64,000 nucleotides of DNA from an uncultured Candidatus Marinamargulisbacteria bacterium (GTDB lineage: Bacteria > Margulisbacteria > Riflemargulisbacteria > GWF2-35-9 > DYQY01). A program made the position numbers and the translations under genes. The notes under the pieces are model-generated. The model had not been told where the DNA came from and made no database searches. It saw only the letters and a program-made list of their open reading frames with translations. This document shows positions 20,751 through 29,513 of this stretch, piece after piece; the first letter of the stretch is position 1, and each line of letters opens with the position of its first letter. The stretch is from contig CAZXTL010000001.1 of assembly GCA_964643725.1 (NCBI GenBank), positions 41,935-105,934 of the forward strand. The letters run 5' to 3'.

Positions 20751-21669
20751 GGACTATTGTGTATTTCTCGTTGAGACCAAACTTATTCAATAGCTCATTA
20801 ACTTCTTTTTTCAATTCAATCATAGCTATTTCACGATTGACGGTTAAGTTTTGGAATCTTTGCATTTCCTCCATTTTTGCTATTAATTCTTTTTCTGCAT
20901 TTTTGCGGTTGCTGATGTCTCGAGCAATGCCAAGTACGCCTATAAGATTGCCTTCTGAGTCACGCATCGGAGTTTTGTAAGTTTCTAGGATTTCAGTGTG
21001 GCCGTCATTTGCAAAGATTATCTCTTCTTCATTTATCATTACAGTGTTGTTAGTCATAGTAGCCAAGTCTTTTTCTCGAAAAAAATCTGCTGTGGTTTTG
21101 TCTATAAAGTCATAATCTGTTTTCCCTAAGACGTCAATTTCCTTTGTATTAAAGAGACATTCTATTCTATGATTACAGGACAGATAAACACCGTTACAAT
21201 CTTTCAACCATACCAGATCTGGCAATGTTTGAACTAATGTTCTTAGCTGAGCTTCTTTTTTGCTGAGCGCGTTTTCGGCCTGTTTGCGCTCGGTGATATC
21301 ATGGATAATTGAGCATAGAAGGGTTTTATTGTTAGAGGTGATTGGGCTTGAATATACTTCCACGTCGCGTATTTCACCAGAAGCCAATTTGTGTTTAAAA
21401 AGAAAATACAATTTGTGTTCTCTTTTGGCAGATTCCATTTCTAACAGCACTTTATCTTTTGGTAGTATATTGATGTCCCAAATATTCATTGATAAAATCT
21501 TCTGTTTATCATAGCCATAAAACTCCAAAGCAGCTTTATTAGCATCAACTATTTGTCCGTCATCTGGGTTTACAATTATTTTTATAGCCAGATTAAGGTG
21601 AAATATTTGGTGAAAAAGTTCTCCATCTTCTTTTGGTTGTATTTTAGGTAATAATTGTTCTTCTGTCAT
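20734..21669 (-). CDS. Tandem PAS-PAS protein with a C-terminal coiled coil and no output domain
   Basis: Two PAS/PAC units ending HDITERK and RDISNRK; ends in NREIAMIELKKEVNELL. Confidence 0.85.
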   Translation of the reverse strand: MTEEQLLPKIQPKEDGELFHQIFHLNLAIKIIVNPDDGQIVDANKAALEFYGYDKQKILSMNIWDINILPKDKVLLEMESAKREHKLYFLFKHKLASGEIRDVEVYSSPITSNNKTLLCSIIHDITERKQAENALSKKEAQLRTLVQTLPDLVWLKDCNGVYLSCNHRIECLFNTKEIDVLGKTDYDFIDKTTADFFREKDLATMTNNTVMINEEEIIFANDGHTEILETYKTPMRDSEGNLIGVLGIARDISNRKNAEKELIAKMEEMQRFQNLTVNREIAMIELKKEVNELLNKFGLNEKYTIVHDKTN

Positions 21670-21890
21670 TAAGTTCTCCTAGAACAATTATACTCTTATT
21701 AATACCAATTAATAGGAAGTATAGAAACTAGAGCACTCTACTTAGAGTTATTTTTATTAACTAGAGTAAAAATAATCATGAAAGGTTTGTTAGCCTTTAT
21801 TTTTTCGTATGCATGGTCATAATAGGTAGGTGGGTTAATTTAATCAAGGATAAACTAAGGATGACTGTTCCATGCTAGAATTGGCAGGGA

Positions 21891-22955
21891 ATGAAAACGA
21901 TTATATATGTTGCCTTGTTGGTTCTATTGATGTGTCTATCTTTAGCCGCGAAGCTTCCAGATGCTCATATTGCTGTACTTTGCTACCACCATGTTGATCT
22001 TAAGATGAACACTCCTTATACAGTCACAAGTGAGCAATTGACTAAACAGATGAATGCACTAGCTCAAGCAGGTTTTTCGTTTGTGTCTTTAAAACAAATT
22101 GATGACTATATGTACTACGGAAAGGCTATTCCTACTAAGTCTGTAGCAATTACGTTTGATGATGGGAATCGTGATACTGCCACTAAAGCCTTTCCACTCC
22201 TGAAGAAGTTGGGTATCCCTTTTGCTGTTTTTATTTATCCATCGGGTATTAGCGTGGGGCATAAGGTAGGATTTATGGACTGGGATGATGTACGGATGCT
22301 TCAGGACAATGGAGTTATTATTGGCTGCCATAGCTATGGACATCCATACTTGACGCGTCCAAGCGGAATCAACAATGTTGAATCCTATGACTCTTGGTTG
22401 GAAAAAGAAATTGTCGAATCTAAGAAGATTATTGAATCTAACATTGGAGTTAGTGCTGATTATTTTTCATTCCCGTTCGGATTAGCTGATAATAAAGTTT
22501 ATAAGAAAGTTAAAAATAGTGGTTATAGGTTAGCTTATAACATAAGTGGGATGAATAACACTCAATATTCAGATCCATATTTTTATAATCGGTTTATGGT
22601 TATGAGCTCTGATACGCCGGAGAACGTAGTCTCAAAGGCCTCCATAAATCCAATTTATTTCGATTATACTTATCCACCAAAACTATCAAGAATTATAACT
22701 CAAGAGATTCTGGCTAAGTATAAAATATTTCGTGCAAATAATTATGATTTAAAGACAGTTAGGTTACACTTAGGTAAGCCTGTTAATAAATGTTATCAGC
22801 CAGAAACAGATACTGTTAATGTTAAAGAAGTTGATTTAGGTCAGGAAGCTTATTATCAAGCTGCTATTACTGCCAAAGACAAACAGGGACGTTCTTGTAT
22901 GGGGAATTGGGCGTTTATTTATCAGAAGGCTATTCCACCTTATGTACAGAACTAG
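21891..22955 (+). CDS. Secreted polysaccharide deacetylase (CE4/NodB)
   Basis: Signal peptide; LCYHHV, ITFDDG, HSYGH, FSFPFG motifs. Confidence 0.92.
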   Translation: MKTIIYVALLVLLMCLSLAAKLPDAHIAVLCYHHVDLKMNTPYTVTSEQLTKQMNALAQAGFSFVSLKQIDDYMYYGKAIPTKSVAITFDDGNRDTATKAFPLLKKLGIPFAVFIYPSGISVGHKVGFMDWDDVRMLQDNGVIIGCHSYGHPYLTRPSGINNVESYDSWLEKEIVESKKIIESNIGVSADYFSFPFGLADNKVYKKVKNSGYRLAYNISGMNNTQYSDPYFYNRFMVMSSDTPENVVSKASINPIYFDYTYPPKLSRIITQEILAKYKIFRANNYDLKTVRLHLGKPVNKCYQPETDTVNVKEVDLGQEAYYQAAITAKDKQGRSCMGNWAFIYQKAIPPYVQN

Positions 22956-23026
22956 GTGGTTTTGCCTAAGCTAGTAATTTTTATTTAGTTCAACTCTGAA
23001 TAATATTTATGGTTTACAATCCTGTT

Positions 23027-23117
23027 CTTACTCCTTATCCTTATTCCTTATACTTCCAAATTAAAAAGCATATATAAAGCTACTTTTAAGGATAAGAATT
23101 AAGGTTAAGGAAGAAGG
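23027..23117. repeat. Inverted hexamer-repeat arms (CCTTAT / (A/T)TAAGG)
   Basis: CTTACTCCTTATCCTTATTCCTTATACTTCC (23027-23057) faces AAGGATAAGAATTAAGGTTAAGGAAGAAGG (23088-23117). Confidence 0.6.
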
Positions 23118-23118
23118 A

Positions 23119-23151
23119 AATTAAAAAGCTTGTATAACTCGCTTTTTAATT
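23119..23151 (-). terminator. Hairpin immediately 3' of tRNA-Pro (possible terminator)
   Basis: AATTAAAAAGC-N11-GCTTTTTAATT; AT-rich stem. Confidence 0.4.
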
Positions 23152-23228
23152 TGGTCGGGGTAGCCAGATTTGAACTGACGACCACACGCCCCCCAGACGT
23201 GTGCGCTACCGGGCTGCGCTATACCCCG
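23152..23228 (-). tRNA. tRNA-Pro (anticodon GGG), CCA encoded
   Basis: Reverse complement CGGGGTATAGCGCAGCCCGGTAGCGCACACGTCTGGGGGGCGTGTGGTCGTCAGTTCAAATCTGGCTACCCCGACCA; anticodon stem CACGT/GCGTG, loop CT-GGG-GG, T-loop GTTCAAA. Confidence 0.96.
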
Positions 23229-23273
23229 AAACACTGATAAGTATTATAGCAACTTGGCTTTTGGTGAACCAGT

Positions 23274-24488
23274 TTAATTTGTGGTGATTTTGGAATAACG
23301 TTTGTTAATACCAGTGATGATTTTTTCGCAGATACTTGTGTTATAGCCTTGGCTATGGATGTTAGTTGTTATTTTTTTAGCAATATCTATGATATTAGAA
23401 AACTTATTTAGAAGAGAGTCAATTTCTTTAGGTTTAATTTTATTTTGTTCTGCCAAGTAATATAAATTGTATTTTTGAATAGCCCTTATATCCCAAGTGT
23501 TACCAATTTCCATTGCCATTGATTTATCTATTTCCTCATAAACATCTGTTGAGACTAAGTCGTAAAAAGGAGCTAATGAAAAATTGTGTTCATTATGTAA
23601 TACTGAAAAGTTTTTTGCGTGAGCATCGCAGTTTCCAATTAGGTAATTAAAAATTAAAATTGTAAGGAACTTTTCGGCGGAGGCAATGTTGATATTTTCT
23701 TTAATAAAATCAAAACAATCTTTAAAGCTAGGACCACCTTCTTTTTGGTATTTTATGTCAGAGGTTTTACCTAAGATTTGGCAAAAATCTTCTTGGTGAA
23801 TTCTAAACATTATTTGGTCTTGGATTTTTCTATCATAACGATCTATTAATAAGTATTCCTTGTCTTTGGATTTCTTGATTTCAACTTTTGGGACAGGTAT
23901 GTTTAGTCCATTAGCTAGTTGCATACAAAAGTATTCGTTTATCACTAAGTTATTAAAGGTTTGACTTTCAGGTTTAATAAGGTGGGTTGAGAAATATGTA
24001 TCATTTGGGTAGAATATTTTATCTTCATTTTTATAAACAGCAAATTTGCTTTGTGCACCGGCCAAGGATAAACGAATTTTTTCACTTGTTAACAGGGGTG
24101 AGATGTTTTGATTTTTGATAATTTTATATAATTCCGATTCTGTGATTTCTCTTAGTTCTTGAGGAGCTTTTTTATTGTCTGGCTGAGTCTCATATAGTGA
24201 GATGGCTCCCGCACAGTCTCCTCCTATTTTGTTTAATAATGAAAATGCATTTTTTTCTGATACTAGTTCTTTTTCTGCGACTAATTTTCGTACAGTCCCC
24301 TCTGGTAATAAATTTTCAAAGAATGGGCGACATTCTTTATCGTTATATGATTTTTCTCTTATAGGTAAAGTAAATGATATAGGAATGGTTGCGGTAATAT
24401 CATAGGAAAAGCTTAAGGTTCCTTCAATGTCTTGAAGTACACCGACTTTTTGATTATGTATAAATACGTTTAGTCGCTGTGTATTCAT
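23274..24488 (-). CDS. hipA: HipA-family Ser/Thr kinase toxin
   Basis: N-terminal couple domain PISFTLP...FFENLLPEG; SLAGAQSK P-loop, IHQEDFCQ, GNCDAHAKNFS, LAPFYDL. Confidence 0.95.
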   Translation of the reverse strand: MNTQRLNVFIHNQKVGVLQDIEGTLSFSYDITATIPISFTLPIREKSYNDKECRPFFENLLPEGTVRKLVAEKELVSEKNAFSLLNKIGGDCAGAISLYETQPDNKKAPQELREITESELYKIIKNQNISPLLTSEKIRLSLAGAQSKFAVYKNEDKIFYPNDTYFSTHLIKPESQTFNNLVINEYFCMQLANGLNIPVPKVEIKKSKDKEYLLIDRYDRKIQDQIMFRIHQEDFCQILGKTSDIKYQKEGGPSFKDCFDFIKENINIASAEKFLTILIFNYLIGNCDAHAKNFSVLHNEHNFSLAPFYDLVSTDVYEEIDKSMAMEIGNTWDIRAIQKYNLYYLAEQNKIKPKEIDSLLNKFSNIIDIAKKITTNIHSQGYNTSICEKIITGINKRYSKITTN

Positions 24489-24691
24489 AGTAGAATGTTT
24501 ATTTTAATGCCAAGCATTTTTGCAACGTACAGCGCCTTGTCTAGTTCACAAGTTGGCTTACCTTTTTCTAGTTCTATAATAAAACGAACGCCTACATTAG
24601 AGTAATTTGCTAATTTTTCTTGTGTTAATCCTTGTGTCTTTCTGTATAATCGGATTGCTTCACCAAAAGATTTGCTGTCAATTATTTCCAT
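24485..24691 (-). CDS. hipB: HipB-like Xre HTH antitoxin
   Basis: 68-aa HTH (RKTQGLTQEKLA...FIIELEKGKPTCELDKAL); stop overlaps the hipA start. Confidence 0.9.
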   Translation of the reverse strand: MEIIDSKSFGEAIRLYRKTQGLTQEKLANYSNVGVRFIIELEKGKPTCELDKALYVAKMLGIKINILL

Positions 24692-24703
24692 TTTCGCTCC
24701 AGT

Positions 24704-24822
24704 TATTACCGTATGGGAATATTATAACATATAATTTATGGAAAGCATACTAATATTCCCGTTCGGTATTAATTATTTTTAGTTTCTTGGTTTTTTTTGA
24801 CCACTATTCCCGTACGGGAATA
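24704..24822. promoter_or_regulatory. Three palindromic operators upstream of hipB
   Basis: TATTACCGTATGGGAATA (24704-21), TATTCCCGTTCGGTATTA (24754-71) and the perfect TATTCCCGTACGGGAATA (24805-22), at 50/51-bp periodicity. Confidence 0.75.
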
Positions 24823-24823
24823 G

Positions 24824-25360
24824 TTATATTTTGTCTTTATGGACAGTAAGGAAACGTAGTAGGGAGAACCCAAAGAAGATTAAAGACACAAAAACAAGAT
24901 ACATATATGCGCCGCTTACCCAAAAATAGATTGAGAGTATAAAAGAAGTAATAAATAGAGGTATTTCGCCAAAATCTTTATTAAATAGGAGAACAGCAAT
25001 CTCAACTATAAGTAACATCCAGAATAAGTAGATATTTGTTTGGTAAACAAAGGTAAGAAGAATGAAAAGAACACTTCTTTGAAGAGTAGGTTTCCATATT
25101 GGAAAAATGTGTCCTAAGGTTAGACCAAAGATCCAGACAAAAGAGCTGTTCTCTAGTATGTAATAGATGAAGAGTAATTTTGACAAATCTATTGCAAAGA
25201 ATGCCCACTGCCAACTGAATGCAGGAAAATAACTAATGGTTATCCCTTTTTTAGGAATAACCATTGTCTTCTTTTTGAAATTATCTAGGTTGCCTGCGAA
25301 AAAAGTTATCCCTGGTATAGAGCCGATAAGATAACCTATTAAAAGGTAGACAAATAACAT
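24824..25360 (-). CDS. PlsY-like membrane protein with degenerate catalytic motifs
   Basis: Has YLIGSIP, IDLSK and GHIFPIW, but lacks GSGNxGATN and FKGGKG. Confidence 0.6.
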   Translation of the reverse strand: MLFVYLLIGYLIGSIPGITFFAGNLDNFKKKTMVIPKKGITISYFPAFSWQWAFFAIDLSKLLFIYYILENSSFVWIFGLTLGHIFPIWKPTLQRSVLFILLTFVYQTNIYLFWMLLIVEIAVLLFNKDFGEIPLFITSFILSIYFWVSGAYMYLVFVSLIFFGFSLLRFLTVHKDKI

Positions 25361-25364
25361 AAGA

Positions 25365-26579
25365 CTAAGCGTCTAAATTAAATCCTGTGTGTAGTAACTG
25401 TACAGCTTTCTTAGTTTCCTTATTATCTATTATGCAGGATACTTTTATTTCTGAAGTTGTTATTAGGTCTATATTGATGCTATTTTCACCAAGAAGTGAG
25501 AACATTTTTGCTGCAACTCCTGGGCTAGAAACCATTCCTACTCCAACGATGGATACTTTGGAAACGTGCTCTTTAGAGACAACATCTTTAGCGCCAACTT
25601 TCTTTGCAAAGGCTTTAGTTAATTCTAAGGCTTTGGCATATTCGTCTTGTGGAACGGTAAAGGCGATATCGTTTTGTGCATCGATTTGGTTGCTTTGAAC
25701 AATCATGTCTACATTGATTTTTGCAACAGCTAGTTCTGTGAACAACTTTCCTGCTGTTCCTGGTTTATCTGGTAGTCCTGTGATAGCTATTTTTGACGTA
25801 TTTTCATCGTATGCGATACCTGTAACCGGATTTTTTATTTCCATTCTTGAAACCTCCTTAACTATTGTGCCTTCGTTATAATTGTAGCTATTACGAACTA
25901 CTAAAGTAACTCCGTATGCTTTTGCTCCTTCAACCGCTCGTGGATGTAAAACTTGGGCGCCAAGACTGGCAAGTTCTAGCATTTCGTCGTAATCAATTAC
26001 ATCATGTTTTTTTGCCTCTTTTATCAGGTTAGGGTTAGTTGTGTACACACCATCAACATCTGTGTAAATCTCGCAATATTCAGCCTTTAATGCAGCCGCA
26101 ATGGCAACAGCTGAAGTGTCTGAACCGCCTCTGCCGATAGTCGTTATGTCATCATCACTGTTTATTCCTTGGAAACCATTAACAATAACTATTCTATCAT
26201 TTTTTAGTTCAGAAAGAATTCTGGCTGGTTTTACGTCAAGAATTTTGGCTTTATTATGAGCTGATTCTGTGTAAATACCTGCTTGCCAACCAGTAAGAGA
26301 GATAGAGTGATGACCTTTTTTAGTAAGTGCCATCGCAAGTAAAGAAGAAGATATGGATTCGCCTGTTGCAAGTAGTGCATCATATTCTCTTCCTGATGGA
26401 TATGGATCTATTTGTTTTGCTAGACTTACAAGCTCGTCTGTAAAATCACCCATGGCTGATACTATAACAACCATATGATAACCTTTTGCTTTATTTGATA
26501 TTATTCTATCAGCAACTCTTTGTATTTTTTCAATACTTCCGACGCTTGTGCCACCGTATTTTTGAACTATAGTTTTCAA
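25365..26579 (-). CDS. lysC: Aspartate kinase
   Basis: VQKYGGTSV, VVIVSAMG, TIGRGGSDTSA, YTDVDGVY, two ACT domains ending TSEIKVS. Confidence 0.97.
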   Translation of the reverse strand: MKTIVQKYGGTSVGSIEKIQRVADRIISNKAKGYHMVVIVSAMGDFTDELVSLAKQIDPYPSGREYDALLATGESISSSLLAMALTKKGHHSISLTGWQAGIYTESAHNKAKILDVKPARILSELKNDRIVIVNGFQGINSDDDITTIGRGGSDTSAVAIAAALKAEYCEIYTDVDGVYTTNPNLIKEAKKHDVIDYDEMLELASLGAQVLHPRAVEGAKAYGVTLVVRNSYNYNEGTIVKEVSRMEIKNPVTGIAYDENTSKIAITGLPDKPGTAGKLFTELAVAKINVDMIVQSNQIDAQNDIAFTVPQDEYAKALELTKAFAKKVGAKDVVSKEHVSKVSIVGVGMVSSPGVAAKMFSLLGENSINIDLITTSEIKVSCIIDNKETKKAVQLLHTGFNLDA

Positions 26580-26638
26580 AGAATTTCCTCCTTTTGAGAT
26601 GATGTTATAGTTTACAATGACTGTTGTTCTGTGTCTAT

Positions 26639-27817
26639 TTAAAACTGGTCTTCGATGTAGACTTTTAGAGGCGGGAATCCATTAAAACAGATAGAGCAAT
26701 AACTATAAGTGTATGCTCCGGTAGTAAAGATGAAAACTCTGTCTTTCTCTTGGAGGCTATTAGGAAGAGTATATTTGAAATGTTCATACATTATGTCAGC
26801 GCTGTCGCAAGTTGGACCAGCTATTATTACGTCACTAATGTGCTTAGAGTTAAGATGTCTTTCACTAAAGATAGGGAATTTAATGGATTCGTCGATGGTT
26901 TCAATAAGTCCGTTAAATTTCCCAACATCTAAGAAAACCCATCTGTAAGTATCAAGTTTTGCTTTTTTAGTTACCATAATTACTTCAGAGACCATAACTC
27001 CTGCGTCTGCAACAATTGATCTTCCAGGTTCAACGATAATTTCTGGTAGTCCTTCAGGGAAATCTTCTTCAAGGAATCTGGTGATTTCAGCTGTATAAAC
27101 TTCTAAAGATTGTGTTGGTTGAACGTAGTTAGCAGGGAATCCGCCACCCATGTTTATCATTTTAAGTTCGATGCCATCTTTTTTAAGAGCATCAAATAAG
27201 TATTTGCATTTTGCGATAGCGTTGTCCCATTGTCCGATTTCTCTTTGTTGTGAGCCAACGTGGAAGGAAATCCCATAAGGAATAAGGCCAAGCTTTTTAG
27301 CTTTTATTGCTAATTTGTAGGCAGAGTCAGGATAGACTCCGAATTTTTTAGATAAAGGCCAGTCCGCATCTCCACCAGAGGAGAGTAGTCTAAAAAATAC
27401 TTTGGATTCAGGAGCCGCTCTGGAGATTTTTTTTAGATCTACAGCAGAGTCAGTAGCAAACAGTCTGATGCCTTTTTCGTAAGCATAGGCAATATCTTCT
27501 TCTTTCTTAATGGTGTTACCAAAGCTTATTCTGTCTGGAGTGACACCTAGCTCAAGTAGTTGGTCAAGTTCATAGATAGTTGCAGTGTCAAAGGAGGAGC
27601 CTTTTTTTGCTAAAACTTTTAATATTTTTTCATCAGGATTTGCTTTTACTGCATAGTATATTTTTGCATAAGGAAGATTGCTTTTTAAATCTTCATAATT
27701 TTGAGCTACTTTTTCCAAGCTTACAATAAGAAATGGAGTTTGTTTATCCTTAGAAAACTCTTGGATTCTGTGAAGGTCTTTTTTGGATATGTAATCATGA
27801 ATTCCTCTAGCTTCCAT
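26639..27817 (-). CDS. Fold-type III PLP ornithine/lysine decarboxylase
   Basis: YYAVKANP, FHVGSQ, NMGGGF, EPGRSIV, GPTCDSAD, GAY. Confidence 0.93.
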   Translation of the reverse strand: MEARGIHDYISKKDLHRIQEFSKDKQTPFLIVSLEKVAQNYEDLKSNLPYAKIYYAVKANPDEKILKVLAKKGSSFDTATIYELDQLLELGVTPDRISFGNTIKKEEDIAYAYEKGIRLFATDSAVDLKKISRAAPESKVFFRLLSSGGDADWPLSKKFGVYPDSAYKLAIKAKKLGLIPYGISFHVGSQQREIGQWDNAIAKCKYLFDALKKDGIELKMINMGGGFPANYVQPTQSLEVYTAEITRFLEEDFPEGLPEIIVEPGRSIVADAGVMVSEVIMVTKKAKLDTYRWVFLDVGKFNGLIETIDESIKFPIFSERHLNSKHISDVIIAGPTCDSADIMYEHFKYTLPNSLQEKDRVFIFTTGAYTYSYCSICFNGFPPLKVYIEDQF

Positions 27818-28013
27818 TGGTGCCTCCTCTTCATTTTATTATTTAGACTGAGGATAATAACAATGTTTAGATGATAATGCAAACGATATTAATTGACTAG
27901 ATTTGTTAATATATTTAGTAGCCAAGCTATCACCTTCTTTTAACTAATTTAGGTGATATATCATAATTTATTAATGTATTAATTTGTCGTATTGTTCAGT
28001 ATTTTTGAGTCAT

Positions 28014-28095
28014 GTCATCTCGAGCGTAGTCGAGAGATCTGTTATTATTTAGATCCCTCCACGCTTCAGTCTTCGACTGACTTGGTCGGGATTGT
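28014..28095. repeat. GTCAT-type REP-like inverted pair
   Basis: GTCATCTCGAGCGTAGTCGAGAGATCT (28014-40) and a degenerate partner AGATCCCTCC...GGTCGGGATTG (28051-95). Confidence 0.7.
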
Positions 28096-28139
28096 GGAAG
28101 TTAGATAATTCGTTGACGAAACTATTTATTCATTAGGCT

Positions 28140-28314
28140 GTCATCCTGAACTTGATTCAGGATCCAGGCATATATTAAATTTGACTATTACAAAACATTA
28201 TAATTGAAGACAGACTAATAAATAGTCCCTAATTAAAGCTTATAATAGTAAACTAGCTGATTCAATATTTAAATAAACTGTAAGTCTGGATCCCGGATCG
28301 GAGTCCGGGATGAC
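28140..28314. repeat. GTCAT-type REP-like inverted pair with a 118-bp AT-rich spacer
   Basis: GTCATCCTGAACTTGATTCAGGATCCAG (28140-67) and CTGGATCCCGGATCGGAGTCCGGGATGAC (28286-314). Confidence 0.85.
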
Positions 28315-28373
28315 ATTTTGTAAATGAATTACTTAACTTGTACAGGGATGACAATCAAAACTATCAGACACTA

Positions 28374-29507
28374 TTAAGAAAGTATGTATTTGCTTATTTC
28401 TAAAAGAACATTTTGACCTTTTTTTGCGCTAAGTTTGTTTTTAATTGTTTGGAAGGTTTCTTTTAACGAAATGATTTTATTTTCGTCAGCTAAAATGCTA
28501 TTTATGTCTTCACATATTTTAATTGTGTCAAACTTTTGCATATATTCTGGTACAACTTCTTTTCCAGCTAGAATATTAGTTAAAGAGTAGTTGTCATATT
28601 TAAATTTTTCTTTTAAATATTTTTTTATAATTAAAAAAGAAATTGGATTGAATTTATAGAAAATAGCATGTGGAGTTCCCATCAGCACGCATTCTAAAGT
28701 GATAGTTCCAGAGGTAACTAACGCAAACTCACTCTTAGCTAGTGTTGGATATGTTTCTCCTATAGTAATGCTTATGTAGTCGTACATTCCTTTGATTTGC
28801 TTTTGAATAGTTTCTCTAAAATGTTCATTTGGAAGATTTATGATAAATCTCTTTTTTTTATCTTGTGAATGCAACTTCTTAATAATTTTTATCATCTCTG
28901 GGAAACAATTTTTAATTTCTTGTTTTCTAGAGCCAGGGAATACAGCAATCGTATTCTTTTGTTTTACTACAGGAAGTTTTGTTTCTTCAATTATCTGTGT
29001 TAGCGGATGACCAAAGAAGCGTACATTTTGAGTGTATTTCTGGTAGGCATCAATTTCTTCTTGAAAAATGGTCACGATTTTGTCAGTAATCTTAGTAATA
29101 GATTCCACTCCTTTTTCGGAACCCCAGACCCATTCCTGAGGTGGGATATAATAAGCAACTTGTATGCCCATTTCTTTTGCTTTTTTAGCAATAATCGTAT
29201 TGAATCCTTGAAAATCAATACAGATGAGCAGGTCAATATTTTGTTTTTTGAGGAGTTTTACAAGTCTATTTTTAAGCAGATAGAGCATTGGTATGTTTTT
29301 AAGTGTTTCTAGAAATCCAATAGTGGATTTTTTGGTAATGTCTTTGATTATAGTAGCACCGGCTTTTTGTAGATTATTACTGCCAATAGCAAGAACTTCT
29401 AGATTAGGTGCTAATTCCTTTAAATGTTTAAGAAGATATCCAGCGTGCATATCGCCAGAAACTTCGCCCGTTAGAATAAGTATTTTTTTGTATTTATTGA
29501 AACTCAT
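28374..29507 (-). CDS. lpxB: Lipid-A-disaccharide synthase
   Basis: GEVSGDMHAG, ICIDFQGFN, YYIPPQEWVW, FFGHPL, VFPGSRKQEI, SGTITLE. Confidence 0.95.
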   Translation of the reverse strand: MSFNKYKKILILTGEVSGDMHAGYLLKHLKELAPNLEVLAIGSNNLQKAGATIIKDITKKSTIGFLETLKNIPMLYLLKNRLVKLLKKQNIDLLICIDFQGFNTIIAKKAKEMGIQVAYYIPPQEWVWGSEKGVESITKITDKIVTIFQEEIDAYQKYTQNVRFFGHPLTQIIEETKLPVVKQKNTIAVFPGSRKQEIKNCFPEMIKIIKKLHSQDKKKRFIINLPNEHFRETIQKQIKGMYDYISITIGETYPTLAKSEFALVTSGTITLECVLMGTPHAIFYKFNPISFLIIKKYLKEKFKYDNYSLTNILAGKEVVPEYMQKFDTIKICEDINSILADENKIISLKETFQTIKNKLSAKKGQNVLLEISKYILS

Positions 29508-29513
29508 AACGAT

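Noticed and set aside
23152-24691. Integrative element or prophage at tRNA-Pro carrying hipBA
   Set aside because: No integrase, no duplicated tRNA 3' end, and hipBA lies on the 5' side of the tRNA.
24704-24822. Palindromic repeats with 32-33-bp spacers resembling a mini CRISPR array
   Set aside because: Only three degenerate 18-bp units, no cas genes in the window, and the position in the hipB promoter is fully explained by antitoxin operators.
28168-28285. Small nuclease or transposase gene between the paired REPs
   Set aside because: The 118-bp spacer is very AT-rich, too short, and shows no recognisable coding motif.
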